Assembly: GCA_973895155.1 (NCBI GenBank)
Contig: OZ316891.1
Span: 26,217,872 to 26,281,871 of the forward strand
Length of the DNA: 64,000 nucleotides
Direction: 5' to 3'
DNA from: Marsupella aquatica
Taxonomy: Eukaryota > Plantae > Marchantiophyta
Under the pieces are notes generated by a model, which worked only from the letters and a program-made list of their open reading frames with translations, made no database searches and had not been told where the DNA came from. The position numbers were made by a program, and so were the translations under genes. Shown here one piece after another: positions 52,976-64,000 of this stretch. Each line of letters opens with the position of its first letter. The first letter of the stretch is position 1.

Positions 52976-55214
52976 GTGTCATTCAAAAAATTGTCTCAGA
53001 AAAATATCCGCATTGCTTGGTACCTGGTTGTTTCCAAGGTTGGAATAAGGGTGTCATTTTTGCCATGTGCAGGGCTCAAATGTGCACAAAAAACCCATTG
53101 CTCGGATTCGGTTTAAATGTAAAATTACATTTTTCTTAAAGGGGAAAATATTAATGGGAAGTAATGCTTTCTTTTTCGGTTAAAAGGGGTTTGAAAATCT
53201 TACTCTAAAAGCACATTCAGACTCTAATTTATGCTAAGATAAAACAGGAAAAAAATGTAACTAGGGTTTGCCATATAACAATGTCGGAAATGCTTTCCAC
53301 TCTAAAGGACATACTCTGTGCACATGCATATCTGGGCCGTTCCAAGACCATGCTATTTTAACTTTTGATAATAAATTCCATTGTACCCTATTTAGAGTAG
53401 CAATAAGTTTAATTTGTTTATGAAATAAAAGCTATCCCATCTTATTCAAATGTATTGAAACAAATGATTCTAAAAAAGTAAAAGGAATAAAAATGCACAC
53501 CTTTAAAATGAGGAGAGTTATGGTACTTTTTTGGTGACATACAAATACATGAAATTGAATTTATAAGTCAATGTAACTTAAGAGTATAGTATTTGTGATT
53601 GAAAGAGAAATACACTAATTATATATTCTCCTTTTAGACTCTAGTTTGAGAAGCTCTCTATTAGGTACACCTATTAATGTATGGGTTACTGTATAAACCA
53701 TAAACATTGGATTTTTTTTACCAATCAATATATAGTACAGTGCATCTGTGGGTTGTGTCCATGTTGAGCCTTGTGAAGTGAACCTTGTCAATAATGAAGA
53801 AACATAGAAAAACTATTAAATAAAAAATAAAAATATAGTGTATGAATATATATTTCTAACATTTCTAATACAAACTAAGGAGTAGATGGGTAAAAAATTT
53901 CAAAAATTAGCTAAATTCAAGTCAGTGATAACATAGCTAGACTAGACCATATGTATATAAAAATACTTAACCATCTCTTCTAATAAGACAAAATAATTAG
54001 AAGGTGTCTCACCATATAGCAGTCTCATTCTAAATTATGCAATAAAGATAGGACATAGTTACAAGCAGAGGAAACCTAAGGGCATGAGTTTTCAGTGAGT
54101 ATGAAGGGGAGACCATAGTCTACAATGGGAGTTCCTGTGTGTGTTGTGAGCATTTATAAAGGTTCAGTTGGTCGCCTGGTTTTTTAGGGTAGCCGCTAAA
54201 GTAGCCTAATCATGCAATTCTTAGCCCTAGATGTGTTTCTTAAATATGTACACTTTGTATACTTTTTTTCTTTAAATTAAATTTATTTTATTCCGCGAGA
54301 ACCCAACGGATGGGGGAACCAAGCAGGCCCAAAGGCAGAAGAGCCCCTAAGAGGGCAAAACAGAAAACATGTGGCACTGCAGCCAAGCCAAAAACTCAGT
54401 ACCTCAGTCCAAAAACCTAGTTGCAGCACCTTCTAGTATCGTGCATCATAAGCACTGAATTAAAGCATCAGGAAGATCAATTTGATCGCACCTGCAAAGT
54501 ATCAAAAACTTCACAATAGCACATGTTCAAGGATGCTCTTCTCGCCTATTCCTACATTGGCACTATATGAAGTAACTGAGACAAAGGAGCATAATTTTTC
54601 AAGGAGCCAAAAGATGTCCTACTCGTTGGGCTCAACCAGTTCCCACTACACATCAGCAGCCTGGTTTCTTTTCAGAATGATACTGTGCCTCTGATTCCTC
54701 TTCTCAATATCCTACTCCGTTCTCCTTCCAGCAGGGTAGTTGCACAGACAAGCCGCATGTGTTTCCTACTAGATTTTGAAACTGCGGCACCAGCAGCAAG
54801 AAGGTCAAGCACAGCAGAGAATATCAAAACCTAATTAAAAACTCATTTCTTTGCCAAGTCAAAAGTCTGTCCATTCCTAGCCAGCCAGATGCTCCATAAA
54901 ACCTCATAAATCATAACAAAATGCAACGTGTTAGGGGATTTTTCCCCTGGCAAGACTTTACTAACTCAAGTAAGCTCAAATTGGGGCCAATGATCTGCCC
55001 GTTCATCCATTCCCAAGTAATTCTCCAACAGCAACGTGCAAACCTGCACGCACACCTTGTATACTTGGTATTTAACAAAAAAAATGGTGTATAAATACAG
55101 AGGATGTAGAAAGTATAAAGTGTGTTATATATATTATGTGAGTATTGTTTGTAGATGGTTTTTAAAGAATTTTTTAACTGGTTTTTGACTAAGTTGTACA
55201 AGGAAGAGAGTTGC

Positions 55215-55216
<2 letters not shown>

Positions 55217-55259
<43 letters not shown>
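55217..55259. repeat. (GA)n microsatellite
   Basis: About 21 uninterrupted GA units. Confidence 0.95.
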
Positions 55260-55264
<5 letters not shown>

Positions 55265-55543
55265 TTTGTTTTCATCCTTGTAATCTAGAGGTGGCAAAAA
55301 GGTTTGCAGCACCCACCGAGCTTGATTCTTGGTTTTCTAAACATTTTTTGACTAAATCAACCACTTTATTAAAAAATATTTAATACAAGAGGGCTAATCT
55401 GGACACATGACAAAGAGAAAGGAGTATTGGAGTATTATGGAAGCGAGTGCCAAAGAATCCAATGATCCTGTGGGAATTTATGCAAACAAAAGTATTCTCT
55501 GAATAAAAATATTGATCCATGCAAACTTTGGCTGACCATCAAT

Positions 55544-56021
55544 TTTTTTGTTCCATTATTAAACCTTATAAATGGTTGCAACATATGGAAGCTTTGGTTG
55601 CCAGGTGTAACATTTTACTCACTTTTTGATAGTCATTTCCTCTCTTTCTTTGATTTTATGTGTTCCGGGTGTCATCTCTTATCTCTCAAGAAAGCCTGGA
55701 TAGACACAAAACTTTGACGAGGTGCCCAGATGAGCTCACAGAATCCCCATCCCTTACTTTATAACACTATTAATTTCTTTGTTTTTTGTTCCATTATTAA
55801 ACCTTATAAATGGTTGCAATATATGGAAGCTTTGGTTGCCAGGTGTAACATTTTACTCACTTTTTGATAGTCATTTCCTCTCTTTCTTTGATTTTCTGTG
55901 TTCCGGGTCTCATCTCTTATCTCTCAAGAAAGCCTGGATAGACACAAAACTTTGACGAGGTGCCCAGATGAGCTCACAGAATCCCATCCCTTACTTTATA
56001 ACACTATTAATTTCTTTGTTT
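55544..56021. repeat. recent tandem duplication, ~238-bp unit x2
   Basis: 55544-55781 and 55782-56021 differ at about four positions. Confidence 0.9.
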
Positions 56022-57777
56022 GTTGTGAGTCCGCTGGTTTTCTAAAGTGCCCCTTAACTTTATTTACTTTTTCCTATTTCTTTGGGATTCACTTCCAGCC
56101 TCTTTGTGGGTGATCAGTAATTGAAAAGTTGGCCAGTAACGTATCTTGAGGGAGGCGCCAATGTCACACTGTACATTATTGGAAAGGGGCTGTGACGTCG
56201 TTCAGATATAGGGTAATTACACATGGTTAAATATAAGCCGTGAGAGTATCTTCACCATCACACATGCTCTGTGAAGAAGATCGTCGTCATTGCTCTAGTA
56301 ATCGGATGGCAGGTGTGCTTTGGAGGCACTTCTAGGAAAGGGGTCCATGGGGACAATCATAACTCGGAAAAAGATTTTGCTTTGGGCTTTATAAAGAAAC
56401 ATTCCTTACTTTTCTTTTCGGTATATGGTAACTCCCTGGAAAGTACGCATTGTGGCAATAATGTCCCCTAAAAGGCAGGGTTCAACTTGAGTTTGCGGTG
56501 CCTATTGTTGCCCATGATGCGCTGTCATACGAGGAAGTTAATACACTCAATGCTTACGAGATTTTCTATTGGTACTATTTTTTTATGAAAATTAGAGTAG
56601 AATTTTGACATATGCTTCATTTTTTGTCTGTGTAAATGATAATATTGATAGAATTGAGAAGCACATGCCAGATAAATGTACATCTCACATAATGACCAGG
56701 AAAGGTACAAGTGCACAAGTCTTGAAAAGATATGCACATAAGGTACAGATTCTCCCTTGCCATAATGCCACTCAATAAAAACATCTGAGCACCTAATTTA
56801 CAAAGGATACTCTTTTGCAGTAGGTAACGACAATAGAAACCATAAGCTTAGAAAATGACAGTATGAGAAGGACTTAAAGCAAGAGGTGTCCATCTCCCAA
56901 AGTATCAATTCTCTCTCATTGGCTAGAATTGGGAGAAATGCCATACAGTTTGCAGCCAACCTTGTATAATACAAATTACACCAATGATTAACCTGTGGCG
57001 AGAAAAGGAGACTCCCATCTTTGGAAATTTGTCGAACTCAATTCTCAATGAAAATTTGAGGATGTCAGGCTCAGTGAAAGATCTTCCAAGCCAAACCTCC
57101 AGAATCCAATTTTAGCAGATATCAAGGGAAATGATATCCAGGGAAATACTGAATGACAAAGTGAGCTATTAAAAAAAGTTCACTCAATTTTAGTGGACAT
57201 CAAGGGAAGTACTTACTGTCAAAGTGAACTGCTAAAACTCTTTGAGGAACCAAACCTGGCCAATGAAGGTGGACTATCTAACCTTATAGTAGATGACTCC
57301 GCTAATGGATGTTTTTTCTTCTTCTTTTCGTATCATGTATTTTTATTTGATTGTATCTTAACAAGAGATATCCTTTGTATCATATAGACTTTTAATTCAT
57401 TTTTGGACCATATAAAGAATTAAACCCTAAACACTCTGGAGCCTCATGCCTACTTCAAATCCCATTGCTACCTGCGTGGCTCATTTTGTGGATCAATCTG
57501 AAATTCAAAGGATCTGCTGTCTACCTTCTCCTGATTTGTTTCTTGGAGCAAGAAACCTGTGCACTTTATAATGAAATTTTAGGGTTTGCGGTTTAGTGTT
57601 TAACTCTTTATAAGTGCAATTGTGGCCTAATTCTAGTCATAAGACCTTTGCTGTAGGTGACTTACTCTGCTAAAGTATTATAGCCATAAAGACCTTGCAA
57701 TTGTGGTTTAATTATAGCCATAAGACCTGTGCTATAATAAAACCAATTGTGGTTCAGTCCTAGCAATTGTGGTTAAA

Positions 57778-58860
57778 TCTACTACTATAATAAAGAATCC
57801 CGCCAGTTTTAGTCCTTCGTCCAGTTACAAAAATGAAAAAGGAGGGAACAAAGCTAAGCCATCAGATATTTTATAGAATTATTTATGGCTCTTGGATTGA
57901 GTGAGATGGGAACCTAAAATTGGCTATAAGTTATAATACAAAATATGTATCTAAGTTATAATACAAGGTAGATATAATATGTCATAGAGTACTTGAATGT
58001 GTTACTCTAATTATTTTGTAACTTAAGTATAATACTTTTTGGCATGGAGCATTATAGTGTAAATATATTATTTTATGGTCTATTAATTTAGAGTACATTT
58101 AGCATGGGGCATAAAAGTGAAAAGATTTACTTAAGATAATGGTTTTGGTAGTGAGCAAGCACTAAGGGGAAGAGAGTAGGTTGACATTTTATTATTTTGG
58201 CTTTTGCTCTTAAAAAGGAGATTTAATTCTTTGGAAGTTAGTTAATTTTTAGTTATCTTGCATGGACCCCAATTTCTATTTTGCACAATGATATCTTTCA
58301 CTCAACAAAAAGTTTTTGCATAATAATGTATTTTAACAATTATTATTTTTATTCAACAATTATCTTTTGCACCACGTACAATCCATTTCTCAACAACATC
58401 TTTAACCAAACATCTATTATGCAACGCACGGGGATTGAAAGGATATCGAAAGAATGATCATCTTTGCTAAACCCTAAGACACTAAACCTGAAACCGATAA
58501 TATAACGTTACTCCAATTTATAGTGGTCGCCATTCAAATGCATGGGCATTTTGGATTAAAAAACAAAACAAAAAAAAAAAGACTCATTCCTTAGTTTCCT
58601 TGATTTTTTATTTCATAACATCTTTCATAGAAAGATAGCTTGGGTGAAACAAAACCATTTTTTTTTGACATTTTTTATTTCACGATCTCTTTGGCAAAAT
58701 GATACATTTTTCTTAATAGCATCTTTCACATAATGGCATGTTTGGCAAACCTATTTTTTTTAAGACATTTTTACTTTGTGACATCTTTCACTTAACATCT
58801 TAGGCAACATGACATCTTATTTCTTAACATCTTTTGTGTAACGCATGAGTATTTTTCTTG
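57778..58860 (+). mobile_element. probable degenerate non-autonomous Helitron
   Basis: A|TCTACTACTATAATAAAG at 57778 resembles a plant Helitron 5' end; GCAACGCACGGG (~58421) and GTAACGCATGAGTATTTTTCTTG (~58838) resemble decayed 3' ends. The end point is uncertain. Confidence 0.45.
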
Positions 58861-58899
58861 AATGATGTCTTGGCTGACATAACATTTTTTTCTTAACAT

Positions 58900-59275
58900 C
58901 TTTATCAACATGACAATTTTTTTTCAACGACATTTTGGCCAACACATCTTTTTTCTCAACGACATCTTAGCCAACATGACATTTTTTTTCTCAACATCTT
59001 CTTGGCCAACAAGACATCTTTTTTTTCTCAATGACCTCTTGGGCAACAAGACATCCATTTTCTCCACTACCTCTTGGTTGACACTACATATTTTCTTTGA
59101 ATGACCTCTTGGTCAATACAACATCTTTTTTTCTCAACAACATCTTGACCAACACAACTACTCTTGGGCGACACAACATCTTTATTCTCAACGACCTCTT
59201 GGGCGACACAACATAGTTTCTCTCAACGATCTCTTGGGCAACACGACATCTTTTCTCTCCACAACACGACATCAT
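58900..59275. repeat. degenerate ~31-bp minisatellite
   Basis: Roughly ten units of consensus ACAACATCTTTTTTCTCAACGACCTCTTGGGC. Confidence 0.8.
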
Positions 59276-61299
59276 GGAGAGAAGATGTCGGCAACAAATG
59301 TTCTTTGCAAGGGATCATTCAGCGCCTTGATGTTTACTACAGCCCTTTAGGGTGTTTCCAGATTCCGTTATCCAGAGTAACCATTTGATCTTACAAAAGT
59401 CTGAGTGCGCTGAACACATTACATTGCAAGCTCTCCTACAGGGTATAAAATAAGGTTGAAACCTTACATGCTTATAACATTGCGAACTTTGTGGTTCTTA
59501 GAAGTTGAAGTACAGTCGAAGATTGAAACAGGAAGCAACTCTGAGCTTTAAGCCATAGAAATTGGGACAACTGCAAAAAGCGAGGCTCTATTTCTAGGAC
59601 ATACTCAGCTAAAGAATTTCTGTGATGCAGCTCATTTGAAAAGGCGCTCTTCACCCAGTGGAATTAAACTTCCAGAGTTGGTTTGGGAAGCCGGAAGAAC
59701 TTCCCAAACCAACTCCGAATCTAGTAGATCAACTTGACAATTCACAAGGGGTTCGTAAACCAACTCCGGTTTGGGAAGCCGAATACTTAGACAATTCACA
59801 AGGGGTTCGTAACTGCAATCCGAATCTAGTAGATCAACTTTGAATATGAAGCTTTCCTGGATCTCCACATGTAAGACTTCAACCTTGCAAAGAGCAAATC
59901 AGGGAGCAAGCTACTAGTAATGCACAAGACGTCTCACTGAGTCACAATCAGGCCACTTCATGTATGCTTCGTGTGGGACGACAGTACTCAGAGACCCAAT
60001 GAGGACAAGCTCCGAGAGGTGTGTGCCGTCACCTTATTAACTTTCCTCTAGGCGACTTTCAGCGCTTAATGTGCCACGATGTCTGGACACACAAGTGACT
60101 CTAGTCAATTCGCCATAGACAGATTTCGAGCAATTGCCGAACTAAGATCACATCTACAATTTTAAATAAGAAAATCACATCTACAAACAACACCCACACT
60201 CTGCATGGCTAATCCTAGTGAGGGACATGAGACGAAGGTTGACACAACAGTCCCATACTCAAGGTGGAAAGAACCAGGGAAAGTCCCTCCTTCTGGGCTT
60301 CCCCTCAGTCTTCTACAACAACAGGAAGTACGCTGACCACACACACCCTACCTAGACCCTACACTTCAGTGTAGACCGTTGAACTGGCATCAGATAGGAG
60401 CGAAAGACAATGCTCTTGAATTTCATTGCGTACGCTCATATGAACTATGCTTGTCATCATACGCCAGTCGAAATAAGCAAACGAGAACCTAATCGACATC
60501 TAAGTCCAAAGAGAATCGAATACTCTTCAAAACAAGAACTGTCTACAAGGGACTTGATAACCACTGGTCGACACAACCGGTACTCGAGCTGAACCCTTGC
60601 ATGGTCGCATCAGAAGCTTCAGCATCCAAGTCACAGAGATATGTCCACAGAAACTGCCCCATTATGTCCCTGTCATTTTGGGCATAGGTTGTCTCTCCAA
60701 TACGAAAATCTGGAACTAAAAACATTTCGCACTTTTACGAGCTAAAATCAAGGAAAATTGGAGGTAAACGACAATATTCAGTAACAAGACTACAGACCGG
60801 GAGGAAGGTAAGGCCAAGAACCGAACTCTCTTTGTTAGTTCCGGAACTTGTATAACCACTTTACGATACATACCAAAATACCGATCCCACTCGTATAGAA
60901 AGAAACCCCACCGAGTTTTGATAGTCTTGGATTTGAGATAGAAGTAAATTGAATACGTCATTCAGGTCCATTCGACAATGCTTAGAGTTAGGTTTGAGGT
61001 TCATGGCAGCTGTTGTCGAAAGCAGTCGACTCTCAGATGTGCAGGTCATCTTGATACCAGAGAGCTTTATCCATGTCGGTGAATCAAGGGTCAAAGAAGG
61101 AACGTCAAAAGAGAACTCACGTATCAAATACCGAAAACCTAATTTATTTCTAAATCCAAAGCGTAAGAGAAGGGAGATCTCTAAAAGAGGTCGCAATGAA
61201 TTACGTAAATACTCAGCATGAAGGAAACTATCTGCCTCAAAAACGGACTTCTCATCGATGCCTACACAACTACCAAAAACACCCTGAGCTGACAGGTCC

Positions 61300-62295
61300 T
61301 CAACGATATCGCTTGAGAGATAAAGTGTTGTTTCGCTTCCATGTGGCATGTACTGAAGGTCGGGATTTGTGGTAGAGATGGCCTTTGCCACGGAGACCAC
61401 GGTGTTTTTTCCCAGCAGATGTCAGCCCACGAAGCTCACGATGTTTATGCACCGGGTTTACTATCCAGTTGATTCTGGGATCCTTACGGATTGCAGAATG
61501 TGCCGTGTCCACGAGGATCACTTCAAAATACTTGTATGTTGAATCCTGCATTCATACAGTAAAGATTCAATGGCTCTTGATCAATCACTAAATCCATAGC
61601 CTTACAGGACACTGGTGTTTAGGGTACGTGTTTCGCTGATTATAGATCAAAATTCCGTCGAAAGAACTAATGCCGCACATCGACGCATTCATGTAAGACC
61701 GAAGCATGTCCATGTATAAATACCTGATTAATCCAATAGGAATTCAGAACTCGAAGGCCTCCCAGCTTGCGCCCCGCTCGTTCCTCGGCTACGGATCGCA
61801 AGCTACGCTGAAACTTCAGTTGAGTAATACCCTGGTTCTTCGGCTTACCATACACAATACCCTTCGAAACGGGCCTCTTCCTACCACCTCGGCGCACCCT
61901 AATGCGGTACACAACGTAGCCCTAAACTCCCATTCAACACACAGCACAGCGCCCCTCAATTTCATCTCATTCAGAACTTGAAGAAAAACAGGAAGAACGA
62001 ACAAGCACAATACATCACGGGCAATGAAAGAAAGCTCACAGAGCTAAAAGTCACGAGCAGCTAGAGCGACGAAACCCATCAATCGAAACCGAACGTGGAG
62101 AACAGGGTTCGAGTCTTCACTGACCTGCTTGGACTTGTAACCGAGCCGGCGGGCCTTGTCTGGGCGAGACGGGCGAGTGAGACGGACGATGCCTGGTAGC
62201 TGGCGAAACTCCCAGCATCGAACTCGCAGCAAAAACCTCAGCACGTCGGACTGCTTCTTGCGCCATAGCTCCTCGACGTACTTGTAAGCACCCAT
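61300..62295 (-). CDS. RPL15: 60S ribosomal protein L15 (eL15), 204 aa
   Basis: Exons 62295-62125, 61921-61724 and 61545-61300 with GT-AG introns give [18 protein letters not shown]...[11 protein letters not shown]...[26 protein letters not shown]...[11 protein letters not shown]...LSLKRYR. Confidence 0.98.
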
Positions 62296-62436
62296 ACTTC
62301 CTGCACCTCCTTCCCTGCCGATCTGCCCCCTGCTCCTCGACCTCGCTCGTCAATTCTTCACAGAAAGGAGTCCAGTGTGGAAGTCTCGTCTGTTCCAATC
62401 GCCCTTTTCGACAGAGCGGCCATCACCGATGAAACA

Positions 62437-62449
62437 TTTAGGGTTAGGG
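62437..62449 (-). promoter_or_regulatory. telo-box-like element upstream of RPL15
   Basis: TTTAGGGTTAGGG about 140 bp upstream of the ATG; telo-boxes are typical of plant ribosomal-protein promoters. Confidence 0.6.
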
Positions 62450-63442
62450 CTGGGAAAACCGCAGTTTGGCAACTCGGGTTAAACATCACCCTGAGTGCGG
62501 TTTCTATCTAACCATATGCAGTAATCTCTCTATAAGTGCACACTCCACAACTGCAAAACCAGGCTGAATGGAAGGTGTCCTGTTGTTCCCTTTTTAAACC
62601 CCCACTAGCCAAGACAAAATGTGGTTAACCATATTTCACCATTTTTAGTATTTTTTCCCAAAATTGTGAAGCAAAGTCTCACGATGAGGAGGAGTGTGAA
62701 AAAGTGAGAAACTTTGGACACTCCTTTTATATGGCCAGTGGTGGTTTAAGCCACCAAATATGCACTTTTGCTCTGTTGGTAAGTGCAAATAGGCCTGAAA
62801 ACTTGTTGCTAAACAGCTTTATAAGTGCAAACCCTTGATAATTGTACAAGAACATTTGTGGTAAGGTCACAATTGCATCAAGCATCACTATTGATAAGTG
62901 CATCAGATTTTTTGATAGAGAGAAATTTGCACGGGTAGGGGACTATATTTAGGGCACTGGGGTACAATTGACTGTGGGAGTCAAAAGAATGTTCACTGAT
63001 GGAGGATAAGTGCATATTTAACAATGGGGTGTAAGCCATACACCCTTATCAATGAGTGCACAATTCTACAGGTTTGCACTTATCAAATAGTGCAAACCCT
63101 CTCTTTTAGGCCGCACCAGATGCTTCTTGAGTGTGCACTCAGAGACATGCAATGCAACTGTAATTGCAATCTACTTTCTAAAGCCTAAGGTCTCTAGTAA
63201 AGCCTTTAGACAATGCTCTGAGAGTGGGGGTGCCAATATATGAAAAATGGGGACTTGAGTATAAGGTGAGCCTCCTAAAATTGTGTAGGGGGCTTGAAAT
63301 GTACTCACCTCTGTTTATGTTCAATGAGCATCCTGACTAGCCCAAATGCCCAAGCTTTGTTTATAAATAGATGATGAGTAACAATGCCCGATCTTTGGTT
63401 CTAAATAGATGACGAGTAACAATGTCGTTCTAGTTGTCATGG

Positions 63443-63474
63443 TCTAGAGGTTCCACTCTAGATGGTAGGCCTAG
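63443..63474 (+). mobile_element. Helitron-like 3' terminus
   Basis: TCTAGAG-GTTCCA-CTCTAGA hairpin, 8-nt spacer, then CTAG|T. Confidence 0.6.
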
Positions 63475-63754
63475 TTTTCAAACTTCCCGCAAGCCTTATA
63501 CTTTCAAAATAACTATGTGCCTTTTGAGATGGGTCAATGTGCTTCATCAACCCACACTCTCCAACCCCATGACCATTGACTTGCATTGGATTTGAACATG
63601 CTCATTGACCAAAGCAATGACCTTTTTCCAACAACAACCACCCAACCAAAATTTTGCCCTTGATTGCATAGATGACCTAGTCAAAACAATAACACTTCTT
63701 TCTCTCGCTTGCTTTACTGCACCTCACTATTTTTGTGCAATGAGAAAGGATTAT

Positions 63755-63777
63755 GGGGGGGGGGGGGGGGGGGGGGG
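63755..63777. repeat. poly-G tract
   Basis: Homopolymer run of about 23 G. Confidence 0.9.
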
Positions 63778-64000
63778 TGGTTGGGGGTTGGCGAGAGGGG
63801 AATGCCATTTTGAATAACTTACCAAATTGCAATGACAATCATGGAATACACGAGCATTGACAGGATGGTCGCAAGAACACCATGGCCACAACGACAACAA
63901 AGCTGCAACAGCACATAAGGTACCTCAACAATGTACTTCCTTGTCTCACCTGCATTTCTTTGCCTTGGCTCAACACCATGGCCACAAAGATCATGGCCCC

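Noticed and set aside
54290-54900. Possible LINE 3' fragment
   Set aside because: Only compositional hints and a broken frame; too weak to annotate.
60861-61400. 179-aa ORF overlapping the end of RPL15
   Set aside because: Alternative frame running through the last exon and 3' UTR, with no recognisable motif.
57778-63474. Helitron 5' and 3' ends capturing RPL15
   Set aside because: Closer decayed 3'-end motifs exist, nothing links the two ends, and RPL15 looks like a normal intact locus.

Overview
Intron-rich, repeat-rich land-plant nuclear DNA; a non-seed plant such as a liverwort is my inference from gene style only. Three spliced minus-strand genes can be rebuilt by hand with phase-consistent GT-AG introns. 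They are an OTU9-12-type deubiquitinase (27050-~30527), a 783-aa orphan secreted protein with a His-rich internal duplication between two Cys-spaced helical segments (37213-42259), and 60S ribosomal protein L15 (61300-62295). Weaker candidates are a 3-exon orphan gene (12632-13984), a multi-exon transcript with no long ORF (~23030-25470) and a gene start running off the left edge. Mobile DNA includes a full-length young but inactivated Ty1/copia element (45050-51416, 323-bp LTRs, GAGCA TSD), four copies of a ~300-bp MITE family with unusual CTC...GAG termini and 8-bp TSDs, a pogo/Tc1-like element, Mutator-like foldbacks, Helitron termini, solo-LTR fragments and several tandem duplications. No rRNA, tRNA or CRISPR array was seen. 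All calls are by eye; no searches were run.
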